Shown piece after piece: positions 38,140 to 49,100 of a DNA stretch of 64,000 bases (the first letter of the stretch is position 1; each line of letters begins with the position of its first letter). The stretch comes from Oscillospiraceae bacterium. Its GTDB lineage: Bacteria; Bacillota; Clostridia; UBA1212; UBA1255. A model generated the notes under the pieces. It was given only the letters and a program-made list of their open reading frames with translations. It ran no database searches and was not told the DNA's origin. A program made the position numbers and the translations under genes. The stretch is taken from assembly GCA_015069185.1 (NCBI GenBank), contig SVJB01000004.1:58853-122852 (forward strand), read 5' to 3'.

Positions 38140-40417
38140 TGGATGCAAATGGATATGGACACCAGATGGATATGAAGAGAAAGTAAATATTTATGTTCAT
38201 TTCAAAACAAGTTTTACAATAGAGGAGTGCGCAACTGCTTCTGCCTACACATTCAAAATCAGTGCTGACAGTCAATATGCGCTGTGGATTAATGATAGAT
38301 TTGTGAATTATGGTCAGTATGCGGATTATCCTGATTATAAGGTATATGATACGCTTGATGTGACTGATTATATAGAATCCGGTGAAAATAAAATTTATAT
38401 TCTTGCATATCATCAAGGTACCAGTTCATCTACATATACTACAGGTAGGGCAGGGCTTCTTTTTAAATTGATAAACGGAACAGATATTATTGTTCAGAGT
38501 GACAGTAATGTTCAATGTGCGGTGTCTACTGAATATAAGAATGGACCTATTGAGATGGTTTCAGGTCAGCTTGGTTATGCTTTTGAGTATGATGCAACAA
38601 AGATTGAGGATAATGTATGGTGTGATGCAGTAGTTGTAGGTACTCCAATACGTCTTACAGAAAGACCTATACAGAAGCTGATAATTGAAGATAGAGCTCC
38701 TGCTACTCTGATTGCACAGGGCGTGTATAAATATGATAGAGCTACTGTCAACCATGTGACTGCAGAGAAAATGCAAAGAGCATATATGTCAGCAAGAGAA
38801 CTTGGACATATAGCACCTACAGCCGGTCCGGCTCCGTATGCTATCAGTCCGGATAGTCCTCTTTGTGTACAGGCAAGCTGTGATGATGGAGTATACTTAA
38901 TTATTGACTTAGGCAAAGAAACAGCAGGTCTATTTGATATTTTAATACAGGCAGACAGAGGTACTGTTGTTAATATCGGTTATGGACAGCATCTTGCTGA
39001 TCTACGTGTGCGTACTTCTGTAGGCGGACGCTGTTTCACAGGAAAATATATATGTTCAGGTCGTGGTATTGAACATTTCACACATTTTAATAAACGCTTT
39101 GGCTGCAGATATATCGAACTTATGATCGAAAGTGGCGAGTTTGATCTGTATTATGCAGGTGTATTGCCTACGGTGTATCCTGTGACAAATGTTGGCAGAT
39201 TTGTTTGCTCTGACACGTTACATAATAAAATTCATGATATAAGTATTGATACTTTGCGCTTGTGCATGCATGAACATTATGAAGATACACCATGGAGAGA
39301 GCAGGCCTTATATAGCATGGATTCACGTAATCAGATTCTCTGTGGATATTATACGTTCGGAGAATATGATATGCCTCGCGAGAGCCTGCGTTTACTGGCA
39401 ATGGGACAGAATGCTGATGGGCTTTTAGAGTTATGTGCTCCGGCTAAGGTGTCTGTAACAATTCCATCCTTTTCTTTGCAATGGATTTTAGAATTATATG
39501 AGTATGTTCTATATAGCGGAGACTTGGATTTTGCATATGAAATGTGGCCATGTGCAGAGAAGATTATTGCTGCCTTCTGGCGTAACAGCCGCGGACGTGA
39601 ACTGGTAGGATCTTGGTCTCATAATAGCAGATATTGGAATTTCTATGAATGGGCACCTGGCCTTGATGGCAATTATATGAATGATGTCCGTGATAAGAAT
39701 AACAAAGAGAATTTTGATGCACCTTTGTCATGCTTCTATATGATAGCACTGCTGCGCATGATCAAGCTGGCAAAGTGGCTTGTATCATATACAAGTGATG
39801 ATATAGATTTTATGGAAAAATCTTCTTGGTTTGAGATGCTGGCAAGTGGAGTTTACGATAGCTTTGATGCGGCTTTTTGGGATAGTAGCAAAGGTGTATA
39901 TGCAACGTATATAGTAAATGGAGAGAGAACAGATCATTACTGTCAACTTGCAAATGCTTTGGCGTTATATGCAGGCCTTGTTCCGGAAGAAAAGATATCT
40001 ACTGTATCAAATGCTTTGGCATATGATAAATCTCTTATTCCGGTAACACTCAGTGCTTCTGTATTTAAATATGAGGCTCTGTTAATGCAAGGGGAGCGCT
40101 TTGCTCAATATGTAATAGATGAGATTGCAGATAAGTGGGGTAACATGCTCTATCAAGGCGCTACTTCCTTCTGGGAAACAGAGAAAGGCAGCTGGGATTT
40201 CGATAATGCAGGCAGCCTCTGTCATGGGTGGAGCGCAGTACCTCTTATCGTATATTACAAATATATACTTGGCGTTACTCCTGCAGAACGTGGGTTTGGT
40301 GATTACAAATTTAAACCTTTAAGAACATCTTTAATAACTGCAGAGGGTAATATTTATAGATTAAAAGGAAAAGCTCTTCATGTAAATATTTCACCGGAAG
40401 GATTTGAAATACAATAA
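38132..40417 (+). CDS. GH78-like six-hairpin glycoside hydrolase (putative alpha-L-rhamnosidase paralogue)
   Basis: The N-terminus CKWIWTPDG...VHFKTSFTIEE...YALWINDRFVNYGQY parallels the GH78 N-domain pattern seen in the 9524 gene. The C-terminal (alpha/alpha)6-like region, 761 aa. It overlaps the aminotransferase stop by 8 nt. Confidence 0.55.
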   Translation: MNDGCKWIWTPDGYEEKVNIYVHFKTSFTIEECATASAYTFKISADSQYALWINDRFVNYGQYADYPDYKVYDTLDVTDYIESGENKIYILAYHQGTSSSTYTTGRAGLLFKLINGTDIIVQSDSNVQCAVSTEYKNGPIEMVSGQLGYAFEYDATKIEDNVWCDAVVVGTPIRLTERPIQKLIIEDRAPATLIAQGVYKYDRATVNHVTAEKMQRAYMSARELGHIAPTAGPAPYAISPDSPLCVQASCDDGVYLIIDLGKETAGLFDILIQADRGTVVNIGYGQHLADLRVRTSVGGRCFTGKYICSGRGIEHFTHFNKRFGCRYIELMIESGEFDLYYAGVLPTVYPVTNVGRFVCSDTLHNKIHDISIDTLRLCMHEHYEDTPWREQALYSMDSRNQILCGYYTFGEYDMPRESLRLLAMGQNADGLLELCAPAKVSVTIPSFSLQWILELYEYVLYSGDLDFAYEMWPCAEKIIAAFWRNSRGRELVGSWSHNSRYWNFYEWAPGLDGNYMNDVRDKNNKENFDAPLSCFYMIALLRMIKLAKWLVSYTSDDIDFMEKSSWFEMLASGVYDSFDAAFWDSSKGVYATYIVNGERTDHYCQLANALALYAGLVPEEKISTVSNALAYDKSLIPVTLSASVFKYEALLMQGERFAQYVIDEIADKWGNMLYQGATSFWETEKGSWDFDNAGSLCHGWSAVPLIVYYKYILGVTPAERGFGDYKFKPLRTSLITAEGNIYRLKGKALHVNISPEGFEIQ

Positions 40418-40419
40418 TC

Positions 40420-40448
40420 TTGACTTTTGACTTTATAAACAGTATCAT
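40420..40448 (+). promoter_or_regulatory. Putative sigma-A promoter of the thr operon (TTGACT-N17-TATCAT)
   Basis: Seen in sequence ~55 nt upstream of the thrC ATG. There is no T-box-sized leader. Confidence 0.45.
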
Positions 40449-40501
40449 ACATGGTTGTTGTATTATTTTTTCTACAACGAATAATATTTAGGTGATTTTA
40501 T

Positions 40502-41983
40502 ATGACATTCGGTAGCACAAGAGGAATGAGCAAGGGATATAGCTTCTCAGATGCAGTACTTCGCGGTATTGCTCCTGATGGCGGACTCTTTATCCCAGAT
40601 GAATTCCACGTATACGATTCATTCGAGCTCTCTGAGCTCTCAACATTAGATTATAAAAGTCTTGCATGTGAGATTTTCAAGCATTATGCCACTGATTTTA
40701 CGGCTGAGGAGATTCGTGCTTGCGTAGATAAAGCATACACAGGTCTTGACGTTAAGCTTACATCAGTAAACGGATATCTTAATGTGCTTGAGTTATGGCA
40801 TGGTCCTACAGCAGCTTTTAAGGATATGGCTTTGCAGATACTGCCTGAATTTATGTCTGTGGCCCTCAAGAAAAGTAACAGACATGATAAGATTGCTATC
40901 TTAACTGCTACATCGGGAGATACAGGTAGCGCAGCGCTCAAAGGCTTCAAAGATGTTGATAATATTAAGTTGATGGTATTTTATCCGGTAAATGGTGTCA
41001 GCCAGATGCAGAAGCGTCAGATGGTAACACAAGAGGGCTCTAATCTTAATGTTGTTGCTGTAGAGGGTAACTTTGACGATGCACAGACAGGCGTTAAGAA
41101 CATTTTTGCTAACTATGAATTTTCACAGAAAATGGCAGAAAGAGGATACAGTTTATCTTCTGCAAACTCAATTAACATAGGAAGATTGCTGCCTCAGGTT
41201 GTTTATTATTTCTATGCTTACTTTCTTATGTGCAAGAAAGGCGCCGTGACATTTGGATCAAAGATTAATTTTGCAGTGCCTACCGGTAATTTTGGAAATA
41301 TTCTTGCATGCTATTATGCAAAGAAATGTGGATTACCTGTTAACAGAATTATTTGTGCTACTAACGATAATAATGTAGTTTCAGAGTTTATGACAACAGG
41401 CACATATAATGCAAATAGAAAATTTATGGAGACTATTTCACCTGCGATGGATATTCTGATTTCTTCAAATTTAGAGAGACTTCTCTATGATATGACAGGT
41501 GAAGATAGCGCCTTGGTTGCTGATTTAATGATTTCGCTCAAGAATCAGGGTGTGTACAGTGCAGATAAGAAGACAATGAACAATATTAACGCTCATTTTT
41601 GGTCATCATATGCGACACAGGAAGATTGTATCAGAACTATTAAGTCAGTGTATGAGCGGTACGGATATCTTATTGACCCTCACACCAGTGTTGGTTTTGA
41701 TGTGTATGATAAATATGTTATATCAACAGGAGATACAACCAAGACTGTAACAGTATCTACTGCCAGTCCTTTCAAATTTAACAAGACAGTTTCTGACAGT
41801 ATCTTTGGTGAAAATGATACGGCATCAATGAATGAATTTGAGATTTTAGAGTACTTATCGGCAAAGACAGGCAATCCTATTCCATGGCCGCTTAAGGATC
41901 TTGATAAGAAAACAGTGCTTCACAAGAAAGTATGTAAGAAAAGCGATATGATTAAAGAGGTGGATGAGTTTTGTTCAAAATAG
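40502..41983 (+). CDS. thrC: Threonine synthase (long form)
   Basis: MTFGSTRG...FSDAVLRGIAPDGGLFIPDEF, the PLP-lysine region FKDMALQ, and 493 aa. Confidence 0.9.
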   Translation: MTFGSTRGMSKGYSFSDAVLRGIAPDGGLFIPDEFHVYDSFELSELSTLDYKSLACEIFKHYATDFTAEEIRACVDKAYTGLDVKLTSVNGYLNVLELWHGPTAAFKDMALQILPEFMSVALKKSNRHDKIAILTATSGDTGSAALKGFKDVDNIKLMVFYPVNGVSQMQKRQMVTQEGSNLNVVAVEGNFDDAQTGVKNIFANYEFSQKMAERGYSLSSANSINIGRLLPQVVYYFYAYFLMCKKGAVTFGSKINFAVPTGNFGNILACYYAKKCGLPVNRIICATNDNNVVSEFMTTGTYNANRKFMETISPAMDILISSNLERLLYDMTGEDSALVADLMISLKNQGVYSADKKTMNNINAHFWSSYATQEDCIRTIKSVYERYGYLIDPHTSVGFDVYDKYVISTGDTTKTVTVSTASPFKFNKTVSDSIFGENDTASMNEFEILEYLSAKTGNPIPWPLKDLDKKTVLHKKVCKKSDMIKEVDEFCSK

Positions 41984-43221
41984 CTATATTAGGCGGCGGA
42001 GTTGTAGGCTCAGGCGTAGCAGATATTTTAATAGATAAAAGCAAGGCGCTCTCTGAGCGTTTTCACAAAGATGTTTCACTGGCATATATTCTCGATATTA
42101 GAGATATGACAGGTACGAAATATGAACCATATTATACTAACGATAAGGAAGTAGTATTCAGCGATGATGATGTAAAGCTTATCGTTGTTACAATTGGTGG
42201 TTTGGATCTTGCTGCAGATTTTTGCAGACGTGCTCTTAAATCAGGCAGACATGTTGTTACTTCTAATAAAGAGGTTGTAGCAGCTGTGGGTCGTGAGCTT
42301 ACATTGCTTGCAGATGAAAATAATGTTCGTTTCCTGTATGAGGCAAGTAGTGGCGGTGGCATTCCGATTATCCGTCCTCTTAATCTTTGTCTTGCATCAA
42401 ATGATATTTATGAGATTAATGGTATCTTGAATGGTACAACAAACTATATATTGACATGTATGTATCAGGACAGACTTTCTTTTGATGTTGCTCTTAAAAA
42501 TGCTCAGGCGGCAGGTTATGCAGAGGCAAATCCTTCTGCTGACGTAGATGGATACGATGCAGCACGTAAAATTGCAATATTGTCTTCAATTTCATATGGC
42601 AAGTTCGTTGATTATAATGATGTAAAATGTACGGGTATTAGAGATGTTATATACGATGATCATGAATTTGCTGCAAGCGCAGGCTATGCAATTAAGCTGA
42701 TTGCCGGTAGCCGTAATACAGATAAAGGTGTTACATGTACGGTTGAGCCTAAGCTTGTGCCCAAATCTAATATGCTGGCATCTGTTAATTCAGTGTATAA
42801 CGCAGTACTTGTTAAAGGTTCATACACAGGCGACACACTTATGTACGGACAGGGTGCAGGTAAACTGCCGACTGCCAGCGCTGTTGTAGGAGACATCATT
42901 GATATTCTCACAGATGCAAACAAACAGGCACTTCCCGGATTTGTTCATAATAATGCTGTTGTTATAGAAGATACAGAGGCGTGCGATAAGTACTATGTAC
43001 GTATTAATGTATCCTATGATAATGAAAGCGATGATATCAAAGATGCTGTAATTAAATGCTTTGGTGACAAGGCGTTATTCCTTGGTGCGTCTTTATCAAA
43101 TCATAGTATTGTTGCATTTATCACTGAGAAATGCACTGCAGCTGATTTTACTGCAAAGCTTGATGCTTTCTGTGACATTACAGGAGCAAAGGCGGAATAT
43201 AAATTAAAAGTAATTGATTAA
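41971..43221 (+). CDS. hom: Homoserine dehydrogenase
   Basis: An NAD-binding N-terminus (IAILGGGVVGSGV), a catalytic domain and a C-terminal ACT domain. It has a TTG start overlapping the thrC stop. Confidence 0.9.
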   Translation: MFKIAILGGGVVGSGVADILIDKSKALSERFHKDVSLAYILDIRDMTGTKYEPYYTNDKEVVFSDDDVKLIVVTIGGLDLAADFCRRALKSGRHVVTSNKEVVAAVGRELTLLADENNVRFLYEASSGGGIPIIRPLNLCLASNDIYEINGILNGTTNYILTCMYQDRLSFDVALKNAQAAGYAEANPSADVDGYDAARKIAILSSISYGKFVDYNDVKCTGIRDVIYDDHEFAASAGYAIKLIAGSRNTDKGVTCTVEPKLVPKSNMLASVNSVYNAVLVKGSYTGDTLMYGQGAGKLPTASAVVGDIIDILTDANKQALPGFVHNNAVVIEDTEACDKYYVRINVSYDNESDDIKDAVIKCFGDKALFLGASLSNHSIVAFITEKCTAADFTAKLDAFCDITGAKAEYKLKVID

Positions 43222-43235
43222 AATTGGTGGAGAGA

Positions 43236-44594
43236 ATGATGAAAGTTATTAAATTTGGTGGCAGCTCGCTGGCTGATGCAAAACAGATATTAAAAGTATG
43301 TAAGATTATTTTATCGGATGATGAGAGACGTCTTGTTGTTGTTTCTGCTCCCGGTAAGCGATATAGCGACGACAAGAAAGTAACAGATATGCTGATTTCT
43401 CTTGCTGATGCAAGCTATAACGGTCAGAATACGGATGTTATTTTAGATGAAATTGTAGAACGATACGCAAGTATCTCACGTAATCTTGGTTTGGATAATA
43501 AAATTATTAATCTTATCAGAGAAGATCTGGTAAGCCGTATTAACACAAAGACTGAGAGTTATAATAAATTTGTTGATTTACTTAAAGCGGCAGGCGAGGA
43601 TAACAACGCTAAGCTTATTGCATACTATTTGCAAAGTAAAGGCGTTAACGCAGAGTATGTTAACCCCAAAGATGCCGGAATGATCCTTACTGATGAGTTT
43701 GGTAATGCACAGGTACTTCCGTCATCATATGATAAGCTCAGTGAACTTGCAAATCGTGATACTATTATGATTTTCCCAGGGTTCTTCGGATATTCTGAGA
43801 GTGGAGAGGTTGTCACATTTTCACGTGGCGGATCAGATGTCACAGGCGGTGTACTGGCTGCAGCTATTAAGGCTTCGGTGTACGAAAACTTTACAGACGT
43901 AGATTTTGTATATGCTGCTAATCCTAATCTTATTGATAATCCTTTCCCGATTCCGCTGTTTACATACGAGGAAATGCAGGAACTTTCATACGCCGGCTTC
44001 AGTGTACTTCACGAAGAAGCTTTGGCTCCTGTTTATAAGGTAGGCATTCCCGTTAATATCCGCAATACAAACAATCCTGACGCCAAGGGCACAATGATTG
44101 TTCCCGGCAAGATGGCTCCAAAGCCGACTTTACCTGTTGTAGGTATTGCATGTGACAAAGGCTTCCTCACACTCCATGTACACAAGTACATGATGAACCG
44201 TGAGATTGGATTTGGTCGCAAGCTTCTCCAGATTTTAGAAGAAAACGGTGTTCCTTTTGAACACATGCCTTCAGGTATGGACAGTATCTCAATTATCATG
44301 CGCGAGAAACATTGTGCAAATGGTATTTTGGAGAAGATGATTGAAGAAATTAAAACAACTCTCAACGTTGACAGCGTAGTTGCGGAGAAGAATCAGGCGA
44401 TTTTAATGCTGGTTGGCAGAGGTATGACAAAGAGTGTAGGTGTAGCTACAAGAGCTACTGCTGCTTTCTCTAAGTCAGGCATCAATATTCGCATGATCAA
44501 CCAAGGTTCATCCGAGGTAAGCATCATGTTCGGTGTAGAAGAGAGCGATGCCAAGGCTGCCGTTGTAGCACTTTATAATGAGTTTTTTAATTAA
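43236..44594 (+). CDS. lysC: Aspartate kinase
   Basis: MKVIKFGGSSLAD and C-terminal tandem ACT domains. A GGTGGAGAG RBS lies upstream. Confidence 0.9.
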   Translation: MMKVIKFGGSSLADAKQILKVCKIILSDDERRLVVVSAPGKRYSDDKKVTDMLISLADASYNGQNTDVILDEIVERYASISRNLGLDNKIINLIREDLVSRINTKTESYNKFVDLLKAAGEDNNAKLIAYYLQSKGVNAEYVNPKDAGMILTDEFGNAQVLPSSYDKLSELANRDTIMIFPGFFGYSESGEVVTFSRGGSDVTGGVLAAAIKASVYENFTDVDFVYAANPNLIDNPFPIPLFTYEEMQELSYAGFSVLHEEALAPVYKVGIPVNIRNTNNPDAKGTMIVPGKMAPKPTLPVVGIACDKGFLTLHVHKYMMNREIGFGRKLLQILEENGVPFEHMPSGMDSISIIMREKHCANGILEKMIEEIKTTLNVDSVVAEKNQAILMLVGRGMTKSVGVATRATAAFSKSGINIRMINQGSSEVSIMFGVEESDAKAAVVALYNEFFN

Positions 44595-44603
44595 GGGATA
44601 TAG

Positions 44604-46040
44604 ATGATCACAAATCTTGCTGAATACAAAGAGTATATACGTAACAAGAAGATTGCTGTTATCGGTTTCGGTATCAGCAATCAAGCTTTAGTGCGTTTTC
44701 TAAATAAATGCGGCGCCCATAATATCAGTATTTTTGATAAGTCAACAGCTGACACATTTATTTCTTCCTGTGAAAAGCTTGTTTCCGCCGGAACGATTTG
44801 TGACTATTTTTATGGAGATAAATATTTATCGACTTTGACAGGTGGGAAATATGACATTATTTTCCGCTCTCCGATTGTTCGTTATGATACTCCGGAGGTA
44901 GCTGCATGTGTAGCTGAGGGTAGCGTACTTACTTCGGAGATTGAAACAGTTCTGATGTTGGCACCTTGCAAAACATACGGCGTGACAGGTAGTGATGGCA
45001 AGACCACGACTACCACTTTAATCAGTAAATTTCTGGAAGCCCATTATGCAGGTAGTGATACAAGAATCTGGCTTGGCGGTAACATAGGTAGACCACTTAT
45101 TGATGTTATTGATGAGATTAAGCCATCTGACCGTATAGTTCTAGAACTCAGCAGCTTCCAGCTTATGGATATGAAAATCAGTACTGATGTTGCTGTTATT
45201 ACTAATCTGTCACCAAATCACCTGGATGTACATAAAAGCTATGAGGAATATGCTTTTGCTAAGAAAAGCATATTTGCATATCAAAAAGAGAACGGACGTC
45301 TTGTTTTAAACGCTTTAGATGAGATGTCAGTAAAGTTGCTGGGGGACAGAAGAACAAATGTTTCATATTTTTCAGCAAGAACAAATAAGGTTCCGGGATT
45401 TTCATCTGGCTCATCGCTTTTATCCGATGATGGCAGTTATCTGGTTTATAAGGATGCATCAAAGAGACTTACTTTGTCTCGTGACACAATCAACGTACTT
45501 GGGTTATTTAATGTAGAGAATTTCCTTGCAGCGATGTGTGCCGTAAAGGATGAAGTAGATGACAGTGATCTTGAGAAGGTTGCTGCTGCTTTTCACGGGG
45601 TAGAACACCGCCTCGAGTATGTACGCACTGTTAGCGGTGTTAAATTCTATAACAGTTCTATAGATAGCAGTCCCAAAAGGACTATTTCAACGTTATCTGT
45701 TTTTACACAAAAGATAATAATGATTGCCGGCGGCAAGGATAAAGGTATTTCTTATGAAGAAATCGGACCTGTTCTTTGTGAAAAAGTTAAGGTACTTGTG
45801 CTTGTAGGACCCACTTCACAGGCTATTGAGGAGTCTGTTAATAACGCGGATCCCAATCATAAAATTACAATTATAAGACAACACAATTATCGGGATGCTG
45901 TTGATTGTGCATACAGTCATGCACAGTCCGGAGATATTGTTTTATTATCTCCTGCCAGCACAAGTTTTGACCTCTTTAGAAATTTTGAAGAACGCGGAAA
46001 GAAATATAAAGAAATTGTAAATTTACTAAACCTCAAGTAA
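44604..46040 (+). CDS. murD: UDP-N-acetylmuramoyl-L-alanine--D-glutamate ligase
   Basis: A Mur-ligase Rossmann N-domain (IAVIGFGISNQA), the P-loop GVTGSDGKTTTTTL and a C-terminal Mur-ligase domain. Confidence 0.85.
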   Translation: MITNLAEYKEYIRNKKIAVIGFGISNQALVRFLNKCGAHNISIFDKSTADTFISSCEKLVSAGTICDYFYGDKYLSTLTGGKYDIIFRSPIVRYDTPEVAACVAEGSVLTSEIETVLMLAPCKTYGVTGSDGKTTTTTLISKFLEAHYAGSDTRIWLGGNIGRPLIDVIDEIKPSDRIVLELSSFQLMDMKISTDVAVITNLSPNHLDVHKSYEEYAFAKKSIFAYQKENGRLVLNALDEMSVKLLGDRRTNVSYFSARTNKVPGFSSGSSLLSDDGSYLVYKDASKRLTLSRDTINVLGLFNVENFLAAMCAVKDEVDDSDLEKVAAAFHGVEHRLEYVRTVSGVKFYNSSIDSSPKRTISTLSVFTQKIIMIAGGKDKGISYEEIGPVLCEKVKVLVLVGPTSQAIEESVNNADPNHKITIIRQHNYRDAVDCAYSHAQSGDIVLLSPASTSFDLFRNFEERGKKYKEIVNLLNLK

Positions 46041-46069
46041 AAAACAACTGAAAAATAAAAGGGTGACAG

Positions 46070-46098
46070 TTGACACTGTTGCATAAAATATATATAAT
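46070..46098 (+). promoter_or_regulatory. Consensus sigma-A promoter TTGACA-N17-TATAAT upstream of the nine-gene ABC locus
   Basis: A perfect -35 (46070-46075) and a perfect -10 (46093-46098) separated by exactly 17 nt, ~85 nt upstream of ATG 46186. Confidence 0.7.
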
Positions 46099-46185
46099 CA
46101 TTTTGTTTAGTTTGCCCAAATCTAACCTGGGCGCATTTTGTGTTATTAATCGTTTCACAATCTACAAATACGGAAGGTTGAGCGT

Positions 46186-49100
46186 ATGAATAAGAAGAAA
46201 AAGAAAATTGTTAAGTTTTCGGTTGTGGCTGCATTGTTTGTCATACTCATAACAGTGCTGATTATCAACTCGGTTACAAAAGAACCGGGTGCTCAGCAGT
46301 TTGATTATGAGAATTATGATGAGATGGAGTTCAACCCATTCGTGACCAATGAAGACAGACTTGACAACAGCTTGCTGGATTATGGTAAGGTTCTCAGCAA
46401 ATATGCCAAGAAGGGGTATAAATATTATGCAGGAGATGATATAAGTCTTGAGTTTTCTGCTGATAAATCCGGAAACCTCACTATATTTGAATCCGGCAAT
46501 CCTGATAGTGCTGTTGTTGTTGACGGTAGCGATGCCGAGGGAGCATTACAGCTGTTTTCAAAGGTAGACATGTTCGCTGATGGATTTAAGTATACTGATC
46601 CGTCAACAGATAAGGAAGTTATAGTAACCGACATAAAAGACGGTTTATATGCTTCTACAGGCAAGACCACAATAACATTCCAGGTGACAGTTCCTGAGTC
46701 GGCTTTGTACTCACTGCGTCTGGATTATTATCTTTTAAGCGGTAAATATGCGGACATGCTTGTTTCGTTTACTATTGACGAGAAGTATCCATTTGCAGAT
46801 GCCAGCAATATGTATTTGAAACGTACATACACTTTCTATGATACAGAATATTTGGATAATAAAGATATTGTAGGAAACCAGATCCGTGGTAAGACTATGA
46901 TTCTATATGCACAAAGAAGTACCATTATGACAAATCCGGATGGTATGTATATTGATCCGTATAGATTCTATATGACAGCTGGTACGCATACTGTTACAAT
47001 GACATTTGACAGAGAACCGGGTGTTATTAATGGTATTAGTTTTGTTGCACCTCCTGTTATTGCCGATTATGAAGATTACAAGGCAGCAAATGGTTTCAGC
47101 AATGATAAAATATACAAGGGAAATGCTATTAAGACAGAGCTCGAAGTTCCGGACTTCGTTACCAGTATCGGTACACGTATGGAAACAGACGGAGACTATT
47201 TCACATCTTCTGTTGTAGATGAGAAGCCTTATAAAGTAACGCTCTACAACATATTTGGCGGAGACAACTGGAATGCAGGTGGAGACATAACACAGTGGAC
47301 GTTTGAAGTTCCTGAAACAGGTTGGTATGAGCTCGGATTTAGATTCAGATCTCAACTTACATATGTAGCATGCTATAGAGAAATCAAAATTGATGGAGAA
47401 ATTCCATTTGAGGAAATGAAAGAATATTGTTTCCCATATTCAAATGGCTGGATTGCTACTTCAATATGTGATAAGAATCAGAATCCTTATTATTTTTATC
47501 TTGAAGCTGGTAAGCATACAATCACTATTACTAATAAAATTGGTCCTATGAGACACTCTGTTTTAGCTTTAGAGGAATCTATGGATTCAATCTCAACCTT
47601 AATTAACAAGATTGTTAAGATTACAGCATCTACAAGATCCAGTGCTGGCGGATATGTAGTTGATGCTAACCGTGACTGGGATTTACAAAAATATATTCCT
47701 ACAATCCAAAAGGATATGACGACATACAAAGAACTGTTCATAAAAGCATATAAGGAAGTGTTAAAGCTCAATGGCAATAAGGTTCCTTCTTATGCATCTG
47801 CTATTCAGGTAGCATATGAACTTTTTGAAAAGTTTGAGAAAGACCTGGAAACTATTCCTACGTCCTTGAATGATATAAATAATACTATTTCAGGTTTGAG
47901 TACAACTCTTTCTTCTATAAAAGATCAGCCTATGGCAATGGATTACATGCTACTTTGCAAAGAAGGATACGATTATCCTGATACTGTAAGTTCAGGTTGG
48001 CAGTCTTTCAAAGTTGGTGTTGTTAGATTCTTCCTTTCTTTCGATAAGGACAGATATGCGAACTATGGATTGAGAGAAGCTGCAAGTGAAGATGATACAA
48101 CTATAACCGTGTATGTATCACGTTCAAGAGAGTATGTTCAGGTTCTTGAGAACATGATCGGTGAAGAATTTACTTCAAAATACGGTATAAAGGTTAATGT
48201 AAATATGGTTAATGGTGGTTCTGAAGGTCTTATCATGAAAAGATATGTAGCAGGCACTGCTCCTGATGTTGCTATTTCTTTCGGCGCAGGAACTCCGTTT
48301 GAATTTGCTATAAAAGGCGCTTTGACTCCTTTGGATACATTTGAGTCAGGTGAATATAATGGTCAGGAATATCTTGGATTCCATGAATTGAAGGAAGCAT
48401 CATATTACGATGAGGTGTTTGTGCCGTTTAATTTCAAAGATCACTATTATGCATTCCCTGAGACACAGGGATGGTCAGCAATGTTCTATAGAACAGATAT
48501 ATTTGAAGAATTAGGTTTGACTCCTCCGGACACTTGGGAAGATATTTATGATATTTTACCTGTGCTTACTAATGCAGGATATGATTTCTGCTATGATTTT
48601 GGAGCAGGTAACTATACACCTTTCTTATTCCAGCATGGTGGTGAATATTATGACTATCATGGCATGGAGTCTGCTTTGACTACACAAGCTGCCTATGATG
48701 CCTTTATTGAATACACAGACCTATATATTCAGTATAACTTCGTATATGCGTCTAACTTCTATATGCGATTTAAATCAGGCGAGATGCCGATTGGTCTTTC
48801 AGGTTTAGGCTTCTATTCTCAGCTTAACTATGCGGCTCCGGAACTTGATGGCAAATGGGCTATGCTACCGCTCCCGGGTCATGCAAGAGTTGATGAAAAT
48901 GGTGAAGTATATGTAGACCGTTCAACAAGTGCCGGTGGTGCAAGCTGCGTTATTATGAGTAGCTCAAAACATAAGGAAGAGTCATGGATATTCCTCCAGT
49001 GGTGGTTGTCTGATGATGTTCAGGCTGAATACGGAAGAGAAATTGAAGCTTTATTCGGAGTGGCCGGTAGATGGGATACTGCAAATAAGAATGCTGTAGA

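Noticed and set aside
46103-46122. Small hairpin GCCCAAATCTAACCTGGGC in the leader of the ABC locus, as a possible riboswitch or attenuator
   Set aside because: The stem is 5-6 bp with no T-tract and no conserved-aptamer-sized context. It is likely incidental.
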